The notes: generated by a model from the sequence alone, not told the origin. Numbered from the stretch's first letter, positions 18,491-28,386 are shown. The stretch: DNA of 64,000 nucleotides from an uncultured bacterium (GCA_903936565.1 CAIZVZ010000005.1:38315-102314); one strand, 5' to 3'. A program made the numbers and translations.

Positions 18491-19471
18491 CTATTTTATA
18501 CTGTAAGTAATACTTACATCCGACGTAATCTTATCTTCTCCAACCGGTAGATTAACAGACGCTGAATCAGTAACCTCAACCATTTTTGCACTCATCATCA
18601 TGGGGTATGGATAACCATCACCGACATTCTCTGAAAAAGATGTTATCTTGCCCAACCTTACACCCAAACTCTCCGCAATATCCTGTGCCTGAACCTTTGC
18701 CTTTTGAATAGCCTGATTTCTAATGCTTTGTTTTGTCTTATCTACATTGTCTACAAAACTTGTAAGTTCACCGACCGTTACCCCAACCTTACCAACCGCA
18801 GCAACTAGTGCGCCAGCCAAATCTGGGTTTTTACTAATGTCTGTAATTTTGACCTCTATCGACTGACTAGTCTCATAACCAACAATCTCTGAAGTTCTAT
18901 CGACACAAGGAGAATTAGATGGAGCACTTACAACAGCAACAGAAACTTTGCTGGCCACCACCTTAGCTGACGCTGGTGCAACTGGTGCTGAGACCTCCTT
19001 AGCGTCCGAATTTGTCGCAGCTGCTTTAACAACAGGAGTTATCACCTTACCCTTCACAGGCGAAGTCGGTGCTGTCACACAGGAAGTTGTTCTTGAACTA
19101 TATTTTGGATACGTATTGAAATTTAGTGTCTTAATATTTTTATCCAAAACTCCATTTTGTTTTAAGATAACAATAGCAGCATTAATTTTGTTTGTCGCTG
19201 CATCTTGTGATGACTTAATATCTTTAGCAGACTCTGCTACGGTTATTGTGAACTTGGTTGTATCGGGCTTAACACTAATTTCACTGTGTCCTGACACGGT
19301 AATTGTGTTCTGATTAAAACCCTTATCACCTTCTCCATCTAATGAAATTTTAGATATAGCGAGAATTGTTGCTGATAATATGAATAAAATTGAAACGAAC
19401 TTTAATAATGAATTTAGTTCTAGAATTTTTTTGGACTCATTAGTATTTTTAATATCTTTTTTGATTGTCAT
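18491..19471 (-). CDS. SIMPL/DUF541-domain periplasmic protein (YggE-like) with a low-complexity A/V/S/P-rich insert
   Basis: N-terminal TM/signal, then SIMPL-like blocks (…ITVSGHSEISVKPD…, …AQDIAESLGVRLGKITSFSE…). Likely start MTIKKD at about 19471. Confidence 0.55.
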   Translation of the reverse strand: MTIKKDIKNTNESKKILELNSLLKFVSILFILSATILAISKISLDGEGDKGFNQNTITVSGHSEISVKPDTTKFTITVAESAKDIKSSQDAATNKINAAIVILKQNGVLDKNIKTLNFNTYPKYSSRTTSCVTAPTSPVKGKVITPVVKAAATNSDAKEVSAPVAPASAKVVASKVSVAVVSAPSNSPCVDRTSEIVGYETSQSIEVKITDISKNPDLAGALVAAVGKVGVTVGELTSFVDNVDKTKQSIRNQAIQKAKVQAQDIAESLGVRLGKITSFSENVGDGYPYPMMMSAKMVEVTDSASVNLPVGEDKITSDVSITYSIK

Positions 19472-19478
19472 GCATACA

Positions 19479-20417
19479 TTATAGCAGAGTATTGTGAAAA
19501 GATTCAAATAAATTTTCAAATAAAGATGCAACAGTTAGTGGCCCAACACCACCAGGCACAGGAGTTATAGCATTTACGATGTCAGACACATCATCAAATG
19601 CAAAATCCCCACACACTTTTCTAATATTTTCTCCTTCCCCGGTTAGTATATCAACAGATGTAATTCCAACATCAATTAAAATTTGTCCGTCTGTTACAAA
19701 ACTTTTATCAATGAAACCCGGAACACCCATCGCTGATATTAAGACATCAGATGACTTGGTTATTTCTTTTAAGTTGGAAGTTTTTGAATGACAAATTGTA
19801 ACTGTGGCATCTTTTGCCAGCATTACAAGAGAAATTGGCTTGCCAACCAAAACAGATCGTCCAATCACGCAAACCCTTTTGCCTGAAACATCAATGTTAT
19901 ACTCATTTAACAAACTTAAGATTCCCTTAGCTGTAGCTGGGATAAAGCCTTTGAATGTAGGCTCAATAAACGTGTCTACACCCCCACTCAAGGATTCATC
20001 CATCTTAAAGTTTCTCTGAACCAAAAGACCCAAACTCGTACCACTTAATCCATCTACATCTTTTCTGTAATCGATTGCATTTGTAATATTATGAACGGAC
20101 AAATGTCTTGGTAAGGGCAATTGAACAATTATTCCATGCACAGAATTATCTGCGTTGTAATTTTGAATCTCAGCAATTAAGTCTGATTCGCTAATATATT
20201 CCTCCAGCGTAATATGTAAAACTTCTGCACCAATATACTCAGCAAACTTTTTCTTTTGCCCAATATAAACCGTTGAAGCTTTATTATCACCTATTTGAAA
20301 TATTACGAGCGTTGGAGGAATAAAACCATCCTTCTCCTTTTCTTTTATCTCATTAATACGAGAACGTAAATTTTCTTTTTTATTATCTCTAATATCAGTT
20401 CCTCGAAGTAAAATCAT
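19479..20417 (-). CDS. folD: Bifunctional methylenetetrahydrofolate dehydrogenase / methenyl-THF cyclohydrolase
   Basis: …ILVGDNKASTVYI… type N-terminus, Rossmann domain, and a C-terminal PVPGGVGPLTVASLFENL identical in pattern to the FolD terminus. Confidence 0.85.
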   Translation of the reverse strand: MILLRGTDIRDNKKENLRSRINEIKEKEKDGFIPPTLVIFQIGDNKASTVYIGQKKKFAEYIGAEVLHITLEEYISESDLIAEIQNYNADNSVHGIIVQLPLPRHLSVHNITNAIDYRKDVDGLSGTSLGLLVQRNFKMDESLSGGVDTFIEPTFKGFIPATAKGILSLLNEYNIDVSGKRVCVIGRSVLVGKPISLVMLAKDATVTICHSKTSNLKEITKSSDVLISAMGVPGFIDKSFVTDGQILIDVGITSVDILTGEGENIRKVCGDFAFDDVSDIVNAITPVPGGVGPLTVASLFENLFESFHNTLL

Positions 20418-20435
20418 TTTTGAAATTTGAAATGT

Positions 20436-21167
20436 TTATTTAATTTGAAATGAAGCCTTAACTGTAACCATTACATCCTTGTCAATAGTTGAGGTATCAT
20501 AAGATCCATAATCAGAGACATCATTAGAACCAGAGGTCATAACCTGAACAACACCAGCTCCTGCTGATTTGATTTTTCCGACCGAACTTCCTGCTAATTT
20601 TACAATTGCATCAGCTCTTGCCTTGGCATCCTTAAGAGCTTCTGGCAGTAAACTAACCTTAATTTCCTGCAAACCAGAGAAATAGTATTCAGGATTCTGT
20701 GGAGAGACAACAACACCTGCGAAAACCAAATCCTTAATATTTTTAGACATAACATCTACCAACTTAACATCATTCGATGAAATACTGATTGTTTGGTTTA
20801 AATTATACTTCTTAACGGATGAACTTGGGTTGCTTTCATAAACTTCATTCATGAGAACAGGAGTTATTTTCAAATCTGCCTCATTAAAACCGTTTTTAAC
20901 AAAGAAAGCCTTAACGATTTTCAAATCCTCGTCCATTCTAGAATACCCATCTTTCACTGTATCAAGCGTCACAGGCCTCATAAAATTAACTGACCACTTA
21001 GCCTGATCTGCAACGACACTTTTCCTTGCTGAACCCGTTACCGAAACTGAATCATCCATCGCCTTTATGCTGTAAAAAGCGTAGGCACCAATAATAGCCG
21101 ACAAAAGTATTGCAACACCAATTACAAAACTTGATTTAAACATTTGAGAATTATTTTCTTTATTCAT
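20436..21167 (-). CDS. SIMPL/DUF541-domain protein, second paralog
   Basis: 243 aa, N-terminal TM, SIMPL-like pattern (…SVTGSARKSVVADQAKWSVNF… …ARADAIVKLAGSSVGKIKS…). Confidence 0.55.
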   Translation of the reverse strand: MNKENNSQMFKSSFVIGVAILLSAIIGAYAFYSIKAMDDSVSVTGSARKSVVADQAKWSVNFMRPVTLDTVKDGYSRMDEDLKIVKAFFVKNGFNEADLKITPVLMNEVYESNPSSSVKKYNLNQTISISSNDVKLVDVMSKNIKDLVFAGVVVSPQNPEYYFSGLQEIKVSLLPEALKDAKARADAIVKLAGSSVGKIKSAGAGVVQVMTSGSNDVSDYGSYDTSTIDKDVMVTVKASFQIK

Positions 21168-21214
21168 ACCTAAAGTCTATACCACAAAGCCCTACAATAC
21201 AATGACGTGTGGCA

Positions 21215-22015
21215 TTATAACCCAGAAGTAGAGAGTAGGACCAAAAATATGATACCCACAATTATTCTGTAATAAGCAAACCCTATGAAGTTGTGCTTCT
21301 GAATATAACTTATAAATCCCTTAATGGCGATAATGGCGACGATAAAAGCGGTAATGAACCCTGTTGCCAATAGGCCAATTTCATTATTACTGATTTCCCC
21401 CACCCCCTTATATAGATCCAAGACGGAAGCCGCCAACATCGTTGGTATTGCAAGTAAAAATGAGAACTCCACAATATCCACCCTAGAGACTCCGGATATT
21501 TGTCCTCCAATAATTGTTGCGGCAGACCTAGAAACTCCGGGTATCATGGCAATCGCCTGATAAAAACCAATCTTAACAGCCTGTATATATCCAATTCGCA
21601 GATCCACCCCTCCATCCCCCTGAATACTCAGTTTTGACTGACGTTTTGCATTATGCTTCTCGAACCAAATAATCAAAATACCTCCAACAATTAATGAAAT
21701 GGATACGACCCAAGAGCTGCCTAGTAAATATCTTTTAACCACATCATGAAGCGCCAAGCCAAGAATGGCTGTAGGAATAAATGCAACAATCACTTTTATT
21801 ATAGTATCTTTAGAAGTCAAAAGCCTCCTAAAGTACAAAACCACAACTGACAATATAGCACCTAACTGAATGAATATTTCAAAGGTCTTCAGAAAGTCAG
21901 TTTCTTGTATTCCAAGTAGTTTAGAGACCAATATCATATGCCCCGTGGAAGATATCGGCAGGAATTCCGTAATACCCTCAACCACACCTAAAATTATTGC
22001 ATGGAATATATTCAT
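21215..22015 (-). CDS. uppP: Undecaprenyl-diphosphatase (BacA/UppP)
   Basis: MNIFHAIILGVVEGITEFLPISSTGHMIL… is the diagnostic UppP N-terminus. 8-TM protein. Confidence 0.85.
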   Translation of the reverse strand: MNIFHAIILGVVEGITEFLPISSTGHMILVSKLLGIQETDFLKTFEIFIQLGAILSVVVLYFRRLLTSKDTIIKVIVAFIPTAILGLALHDVVKRYLLGSSWVVSISLIVGGILIIWFEKHNAKRQSKLSIQGDGGVDLRIGYIQAVKIGFYQAIAMIPGVSRSAATIIGGQISGVSRVDIVEFSFLLAIPTMLAASVLDLYKGVGEISNNEIGLLATGFITAFIVAIIAIKGFISYIQKHNFIGFAYYRIIVGIIFLVLLSTSGL

Positions 22016-22065
22016 AAAAGCATTGTATCACTCAGTGAGCAATTCTTCAAAATTACCTAATTAAA

Positions 22066-22638
22066 TTAATCTATATTCAACTCCTTCTTCCTGAAGAAGT
22101 TTTCAAATATAAAGACAGAAAGGGATGAAATTAATAAGCCGAGTATAATACCTACAACTACATCACTTAGATAATGGACAGATAAATACACCCTACTGAA
22201 TGAAATAGCGAGAGCAGAGATAGAAAGAATTATAATGAACAATAATCTCAGAAAGACATTTTTTATGTGGTCCTTGTATGCAAATATTAACAACGAACAA
22301 AAAAGTGTCGCGACAGTTGCGTGACCACTTGGAAATGAGTACCCGCCAACCTGAATGAGGGCCGCAACTGGTCGTGGTTTAGCAATCAATATTTTCAAAA
22401 CATATACCGATAAATAACCCACTCCCAATGTTACAATGAATTGAATTAAATAGTATGGCTTTTTGTATAACCAGAAAATCATGACAGCAGCAATGGCCAA
22501 CAACAAAAAAGAGTATGGGCTTCCAATGTTACTTACAAACAACGCCACCTTAACACCAAACGGTGTTACAAATGAAGACATTGCGCCGATGACATCTAAG
22601 TCAATCTTATTTGCAAACAAGAGTATGTGGGAATTCAT
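22066..22638 (-). CDS. PAP2-family (type 2 phosphatidic acid / undecaprenyl-PP) phosphatase
   Basis: PAP2 motifs KPRPVAAL… / FPSGHAT / SRVYLSVHYLSDVVVG. Confidence 0.7.
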   Translation of the reverse strand: MNSHILLFANKIDLDVIGAMSSFVTPFGVKVALFVSNIGSPYSFLLLAIAAVMIFWLYKKPYYLIQFIVTLGVGYLSVYVLKILIAKPRPVAALIQVGGYSFPSGHATVATLFCSLLIFAYKDHIKNVFLRLLFIIILSISALAISFSRVYLSVHYLSDVVVGIILGLLISSLSVFIFENFFRKKELNID

Positions 22639-22641
22639 ATA

Positions 22642-23013
22642 TTAAATTAAGTGTCTAAATATAATTATCGCACCCACAACCACAGCAGATAACGAAGCAA
22701 TTAGAACCGACCCTGCCATTGTGTCCTTAATTATTCCAACAACAGGGTGGTGATTTGGTTCTAATTTATCCCAGGTATATTCAATAGCACTGTTTACCAT
22801 CTCAGCCACAAAAACTATCGACATAACAATAATTAAAATTGCAAATTCAATTGAACTAAAATTCAAGTAATATGCAAAAAACAAAACAACAACAGCAATC
22901 GTAATATGTAATCTGAAATTTCTCTCATTCCTAAAGACGTGTTGAATACCCTTTATTGCACAGCCGAATGAATCGAAAAAAGGATTTACTTTTTTGTTAG
23001 CAAAATTTGTCAT
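22642..23013 (-). CDS. dgkA: Diacylglycerol/undecaprenol kinase DgkA
   Basis: 123 aa, 3 TM. …NFRLHITIAVVV…AEMVNSAIEYTWDKL… matches the DgkA family. Confidence 0.8.
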   Translation of the reverse strand: MTNFANKKVNPFFDSFGCAIKGIQHVFRNERNFRLHITIAVVVLFFAYYLNFSSIEFAILIIVMSIVFVAEMVNSAIEYTWDKLEPNHHPVVGIIKDTMAGSVLIASLSAVVVGAIIIFRHLI

Positions 23014-23043
23014 ATTTATAGTATACTACCTAAATAAAAGAAG

Positions 23044-24246
23044 ATGATTTTAGATATCCCCAAATTAAGTAAAATTAAGAACAATACAATAAAATTAGGC
23101 CTTTTAATAGTCCTGATATTAACAACTGTTCAAACAACCCCTTATTTTGCACCGCCGTCCATTGCGTTTATTAAACGCGCAGATGCAATAACAACCCCAT
23201 ATTCCCCATCCATAGACATATTAAACGCGAGTAGCACCGAAAAACATACACCACTCAACAACAGTTCGTCATCGATTATACAAATTAACGCAGTAAAAGT
23301 TTGGCAAGAGAACGGTGATTTTTCTCGAACATTAAAGAAGGGGTCTCGCGGTAATGACGTAATAGTTCTACAAATTATCCTAAAATCACTGACCAATGAC
23401 AAGACCAGGAATTCAGCCAATGGATATTTTGGACCAAACACCTATAACAATTTAAGAACAGTACAAGCCAAGCTAAATTTGCCAATAACAGGTGAGCTGG
23501 ATTCTGATACAAGATTGGCAATTAATAATTTAATGTTTAAAGAACTTTGCCCAACCGCAATTAGAGTTATTGGTCAGGACAACATGGTGGAAAGTGATTT
23601 TGATAAGGTTTTTGAAAACCTAAACAGATCCAAATCAATCCCCCTTGATTACATCCCCCAGGATTTGGTTCGAGTTCCAAATTCAATTAAGACGGTTGGA
23701 GTAATGTGCGTATCAGATAGAATAATGCGACATTTAAATGAAATGATTGGTGACGCAAAAAAACAAAAACTAGATATAGCAGTCACGTCATCTTACAGAA
23801 GCGCCGATATGCAGAAGTTTCTATACTCAATGTGGATTAACAAGAGAGGTAATGCAGCCAAGGCAGGAATTGCAGAAGCGGGACACTCCGAGCATCAACT
23901 TGGAACAACAATAGATGTTTCCGGTAAAAGTATCGGCTTTGCTGGTGTAAGCCCAAGTTTTGCAAATAGCAAAGAAGGAAAATGGATGGCACAGAATAGT
24001 TACAAGTACGGTTTCATAATGAGTTATCCAGATAAAAAACAAAAAGAGACCGGATACATATACGAGCCGTGGCATTTTAGATACATCGGGGTAGATAACG
24101 CCAATGACATCTTCACAGAGAAGTTAACCATTCAAGACTTCTTGAATTTTTCAAACGCAACAACATCCAACACTACATCAACAAGTAACACAACAGAGGA
24201 TGTAGACCCGAAAACCCCAACATCAACACCCTCTCTAAGTTTTTAA
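23044..24246 (+). CDS. M15-family D-Ala-D-Ala carboxypeptidase (VanY-like) with a peptidoglycan-binding domain
   Basis: PG_binding_1-like segment (LKKGSRGNDVIVLQIIL…GYFGPNTYNNLRTVQ). M15 catalytic signatures SEHQLGTTIDV and EPWHFRYIG. Confidence 0.7.
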   Translation: MILDIPKLSKIKNNTIKLGLLIVLILTTVQTTPYFAPPSIAFIKRADAITTPYSPSIDILNASSTEKHTPLNNSSSSIIQINAVKVWQENGDFSRTLKKGSRGNDVIVLQIILKSLTNDKTRNSANGYFGPNTYNNLRTVQAKLNLPITGELDSDTRLAINNLMFKELCPTAIRVIGQDNMVESDFDKVFENLNRSKSIPLDYIPQDLVRVPNSIKTVGVMCVSDRIMRHLNEMIGDAKKQKLDIAVTSSYRSADMQKFLYSMWINKRGNAAKAGIAEAGHSEHQLGTTIDVSGKSIGFAGVSPSFANSKEGKWMAQNSYKYGFIMSYPDKKQKETGYIYEPWHFRYIGVDNANDIFTEKLTIQDFLNFSNATTSNTTSTSNTTEDVDPKTPTSTPSLSF

Positions 24247-24323
24247 ATAAAACAGTTTTCGGAAAGATCACCCTTCGACTTGGCTTTAATTTATATATTA
24301 TAGTTTTTCACTATTTTAATAAA

Positions 24324-25037
24324 CTATCTAACCAAATCATAACCACTATCACTCCGCTTAAAAAAGAAGGCAGTTATCGTATTACGAGTCCAAGTCCACA
24401 AAAGTCTGGGCCACCCAACCTTATGCGGCCTTCTTCCTGTATGATAAATATTTAAACCAACCGGCAACCTAGTCCTACCAATCTTAGTTAGTCGCCAGAA
24501 CAAATCCATGTCCTCGCTGATAGCTAGGCGCTCATCAAAACCACCAACCTTATTAAAAGCCTCACGCTTAATCATTTGAAATTCTCCCCCTGCAGCTCCA
24601 AAACCAATAAAATTTAGAAACGAAAAATAAAGCGCCAACGATTGAAAGATGATATTGTCGAACATCCTTGCTGTTTCTTTGTACACCAAACACCCAGCAG
24701 TGACAGCAACCAACTTAGGGTCTTCTTTATAATATACTTCAATTTTTTTTATAAAATTATCTATATCTGGAACAGTAACATCGGCATCAACAAAAACAAT
24801 GTATTCACCTCTCGCCTCTTTTGCCCCAGCATTTCTTCCTTTTGCGATATTCTGCCTCGTCAAACCATCGTGAACTATAATTTTGTCAGCATATTTCCTT
24901 ACCACTTCGACAGTTCTATCTGTACTTTTTCCATCAGAAATTATAATTTCCTTTTCCCCTGAATATGCGGAAATCGATTTAAGCGTTTTTTCTATTGTCT
25001 TCTCCTCGTTTAATGTTGGTATTATGAATGAAAGCAT
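24324..25037 (-). CDS. Family 2 glycosyltransferase (dolichyl/polyprenyl-phosphate glycosyltransferase-like)
   Basis: MLSFIIPTLNEEKTIEKTL…ISDGKSTDRT…FVDADV, a GT2 DxD pattern. Confidence 0.75.
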   Translation of the reverse strand: MLSFIIPTLNEEKTIEKTLKSISAYSGEKEIIISDGKSTDRTVEVVRKYADKIIVHDGLTRQNIAKGRNAGAKEARGEYIVFVDADVTVPDIDNFIKKIEVYYKEDPKLVAVTAGCLVYKETARMFDNIIFQSLALYFSFLNFIGFGAAGGEFQMIKREAFNKVGGFDERLAISEDMDLFWRLTKIGRTRLPVGLNIYHTGRRPHKVGWPRLLWTWTRNTITAFFFKRSDSGYDLVR

Positions 25038-25065
25038 GGTTGTGTTTTTATTTAGTTGATTAATA

Positions 25066-25671
25066 TTATAATTCCCTACTCTTCTTGCTAATGTAGCGAG
25101 AGAAGAAATAGAACGAAGAGAGAACTAGTACTGCCACAGTTATCAAAAATCCAATCTTGAAATTATCTGAGATGTTTAAATACACCTGACCAAAGAAGTA
25201 TCCGACTGAAAGTAGGACGGCCACCAAGAAGAATTCCCCTATTATATTAATAATCATATACTTTTTAAAAGGAACCTTTGCCATCCCCGCCGCCGCCAAA
25301 ATACCAACAGCAAAACCCAACCCCAGTGTAAGTTTAGAAAATATCAATATCTTCTCATGATACTTGGAAAATAATTCGTTTATTTTTTCAAATCTTTCTG
25401 GGGTAATCCCAACAAACTTACCTTTTTTACTTAAAATTGGATGTGCAAAATATCTACCAGCAACATACCAAATAACATCCCCCACCAAATCACCTATGAG
25501 AATCGCAATAAACAAAGGGACTATTGCAAAAAAACCAGTTCTATACAAAAAACCTGAGGCAATCATAAGGATTGGACCTTCGAATATTGTACCAATAGCA
25601 ATAAGTGGATATCTGTAATAAGAAGCAAATCCTAAAATATTGTTTAAAAGTATAACCGGATCGATCATCAC
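25066..25671 (-). CDS. DedA/VTT-domain membrane protein
   Basis: 201 aa polytopic membrane protein with a DedA-like core (…GTIFEGPILMIASGFL…). Confidence 0.6.
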   Translation of the reverse strand: MMIDPVILLNNILGFASYYRYPLIAIGTIFEGPILMIASGFLYRTGFFAIVPLFIAILIGDLVGDVIWYVAGRYFAHPILSKKGKFVGITPERFEKINELFSKYHEKILIFSKLTLGLGFAVGILAAAGMAKVPFKKYMIINIIGEFFLVAVLLSVGYFFGQVYLNISDNFKIGFLITVAVLVLSSFYFFSRYISKKSREL

Positions 25672-25680
25672 ATTATTGTA

Positions 25681-25938
25681 CTATATTTTTTTAAAAGAAC
25701 CATTGATTAAATCTAACTTTTTGGCTTTTGTATATCTTTTAAGTTCTGCTTCCCTACCTCGAGCTTCCAAAAGGGTTTGAAAATTCTCTGAGTATTTCAA
25801 AGATACTGGGCGTCTAATCTTTGTATAATGAGCGCCAGATTTTAGGTTATTGTGTTGGTTGAGTCTTTTTTCAAGGTCATTGGTACAGCCAACATAGAGT
25901 GTTTTATCAGAGCATTCGAGGACATAGACGGTGAACAT
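25681..25938 (-). CDS. GIY-YIG nuclease-domain protein (UPF0213-like)
   Basis: MFTVYVLECSDKTLYVGCTNDLEKRLNQHN… is a canonical GIY-YIG motif. 85 aa. Confidence 0.8.
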   Translation of the reverse strand: MFTVYVLECSDKTLYVGCTNDLEKRLNQHNNLKSGAHYTKIRRPVSLKYSENFQTLLEARGREAELKRYTKAKKLDLINGSFKKI

Positions 25939-25949
25939 TTTCTTTTTTA

Positions 25950-26733
25950 TTATTTAACACCATTAATGAAATCGGTGATCGTAGAATAGGTTTCTTTATA
26001 AGTGAACAGATCATTATGGCCACCACCTTTAATTGTTACCAATTTATTTTTATGGTCTATAGATTCAAATAATTTTAAACCCAACTTATATGGAATAACC
26101 GCATCATTATTGCCGTGAATAATTAATATGCCCCCCCCCCTTAAAGTCCTGTAGGGCTTTAACATTATCAAAAGCATTGTTCACCATCCACGATGTTGGG
26201 TAAAACCAGAATGTATTAGAAGCAATATCTGCCAGGCTTGTAAATGGGGATAAAAGAATCAATTTTTCAGGAGGCTTTTGTGATACATGATGAGAAGCTA
26301 CACCCGTACCAATACTTTCACCTACCACAACAACATCGGTGATTTTATTGTCATCAAGATAAGAAATTACGTTACGTACATCCTTCTTAATTAACTCATG
26401 AGATGGTTTAACTTTATCATTACTATAACCAGCATATTCTACGATTATATAACCGTAATTTGATTGGGTAAAAATATCAGCATAGAGTGATCGGTCGCAG
26501 GCCGACCCAGCATTACCGTGATATAAAACAAACACAGGTTTTGTTGTATCTTTTACATACATTCTAGTTCCATTAACTTCCACTTTTTTTACATCTTTGA
26601 AAGCGGGGCAATTTACAAAGCTTTGATTATCTGGATGGTAGACAACTTTTTCTTGAAAGACTGTTATTACAACACCGAACAATACGTAAAACACAACCAA
26701 AATCCCGATAACTATTTTATTGATCTTTTTCAC
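25950..26733 (-). pseudogene. Alpha/beta-hydrolase (prolyl-oligopeptidase/esterase-like) gene split by a +1/-1 frameshift inside a G10 homopolymer
   Basis: ORFs 26107..26733 (…HGNAGSACD…VVVGESIGTG…) and 25950..26177 (…GGGILIIHGNNDAVIPY…GGGHNDLF) are the two halves of one hydrolase. They join if the G-run 26131..26140 has 9 instead of 10 G. Confidence 0.6.
26131..26140. repeat. 10-nt C/G homopolymer tract (site of frameshift)
   Basis: cccccccccc on the plus strand, seen directly. Confidence 0.9.
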
Positions 26734-26787
26734 AATATAATTATATCAGAAGCGTAAAAATCTAACATATAATTTAATTGCTAATTA

Positions 26788-26863
26788 TTGGGGTGCCTAG
26801 AGAGAATCGGACTCTCGATACCGGTTCCACAAACCGGAGTTTTACCACTAAACTATAGGCACC
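26788..26863 (-). tRNA. tRNA-His (anticodon GTG) with G-1 and encoded CCA
   Basis: Minus strand reads GGTGCCTATAGTTTAGTGGTAAAACTCCGGTTTGTGGAACCGGTATCGAGAGTCCGATTCTCTCTAGGCACCCCA. It folds as a cloverleaf with an extra 5' G pairing to the discriminator C, which is characteristic of tRNA-His. Confidence 0.8.
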
Positions 26864-27005
26864 ATGTGTTGGCGTTATTGAGTATTTATAATACCCGCTG
26901 ACGCTCACTATATATATCACAAATATTGTCTTTTGACGAGTTTTTGCCCCACCTCAACCCTATCACCCTACCAAACCTTGCAAACCATAAAATCCAATCA
27001 GACGA

Positions 27006-28271
27006 CTACTTAGCCACCGAATTCAAATAATCCACATACTCCTTAAATGTCACACATTTTACCTTAGGCTTTCCACAAACATCCTCCGCAAACGATTTCA
27101 TAACCTCCCAATAAACACCATCGTTCCAAGTAGAAAAATGGTGTCCAATCACAACCGGCGCATGATTTCCTTCGTAATTCTTATTGAAATAGCCCAAATA
27201 TGCATCCTTCATTTCCCCAAAGAAGCTGTTCCAAAGGGGTGTTCCCTTCTTAGCGGTATTCCTAACGTTTGACTGCATCATCCAAAAGTTATAGTCCATA
27301 GAAAGGACGTAGCTACTTTTATTGGAAGCGTCTGGGTTATTTAGTTTTGAATGCAAATCTGGAGCCTTAATTATACCAAGTCCAATATGCCAAATTCCAT
27401 TTTTATCTTTAGTTGGATACTTGGTTGGCATCCTCATTCCACTTGTGTCATATAGATATTTCTTTTCGGATAGGACTTTATATAAATTACTATTTACGCC
27501 AAGTTCTGGTGCCCTAAATCCAACAAACTCAGATATATTAAAGTTCCATGGTGGAATAACCACATTAGGATTATTCTTTTGTACATTCATGATTATAGAA
27601 TCAAAAGAATTAGACTCTTGAAGCCACTCATCGTGACTCCATTTTGATCCATTGTAGTGACCGACATTATGAGATCCAATCTCATTTCCCTCACTGTATG
27701 CCAAATTTATTTGCTCAACTCGATTTTTAACGTCCTGCTCACTATCAGCGTATCCAATCAAAGAGGCTCCCATTTGGGCTCTTGGCGGCCGGTAGACATT
27801 CTTTGCTGTACTCTTGGTAATTAGATAAATTGGATTAATAAAATATGTAAAATGAACCGGCTTACCTTTTGCTGTCATATCTTTTGCAAACTGACGAGTT
27901 TCATTCCACATAGACAAAGACCTTGAACCGTCAAAAGAAAGAATGACATATTGAATGTCAGAATATGGAGCTACTGTCGATGAAGTTGAAGATATCGCTA
28001 GTGACTCTAGTGTTCCAGTAGCGTGTCGACTAATCTTCTCAACGGTTTTTACAATTTCTGCATCCCCCTCAGATACAGAGTCGGCGTCTCCATTTAGATA
28101 CCCCCTACTCTCCACAGAATCAGAAACGCCCGCCCAGCTAATTAGTAAATTACCACTCTTATATATTAAAAAAGATAAAGCCAAAACAAATATAATCACC
28201 CCAATCAGGGTTTTAAATACTATTATAATTTTTGAATATTTATTTTTTGTCTTTTCTATATCTGGCGGCAT
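27006..28271 (-). CDS. Membrane-anchored polysaccharide-deacetylase-like (CE4/NodB-like) protein, divergent
   Basis: N-terminal TM, then NodB-like blocks (ILSFDGSRS; IGSHNVGH; FRAPELG). Assignment is tentative. Confidence 0.35.
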   Translation of the reverse strand: MPPDIEKTKNKYSKIIIVFKTLIGVIIFVLALSFLIYKSGNLLISWAGVSDSVESRGYLNGDADSVSEGDAEIVKTVEKISRHATGTLESLAISSTSSTVAPYSDIQYVILSFDGSRSLSMWNETRQFAKDMTAKGKPVHFTYFINPIYLITKSTAKNVYRPPRAQMGASLIGYADSEQDVKNRVEQINLAYSEGNEIGSHNVGHYNGSKWSHDEWLQESNSFDSIIMNVQKNNPNVVIPPWNFNISEFVGFRAPELGVNSNLYKVLSEKKYLYDTSGMRMPTKYPTKDKNGIWHIGLGIIKAPDLHSKLNNPDASNKSSYVLSMDYNFWMMQSNVRNTAKKGTPLWNSFFGEMKDAYLGYFNKNYEGNHAPVVIGHHFSTWNDGVYWEVMKSFAEDVCGKPKVKCVTFKEYVDYLNSVAK

Positions 28272-28386
28272 TTTATTTTATTTTTATTTTATTTTATAAT
28301 ATCACTCTTTAGATGATTGCGCTGAATCAAACAACAAGCGAGACCAACAGAGATTCTGTTGAATAGTATGATAAATCACCATCGTA

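Noticed and set aside
28272-28330. AT-rich ttttatttt iterations upstream of 27006..28271
   Set aside because: Low-complexity promoter-like AT tract without a consistent repeat unit. Not reported as a tandem repeat.
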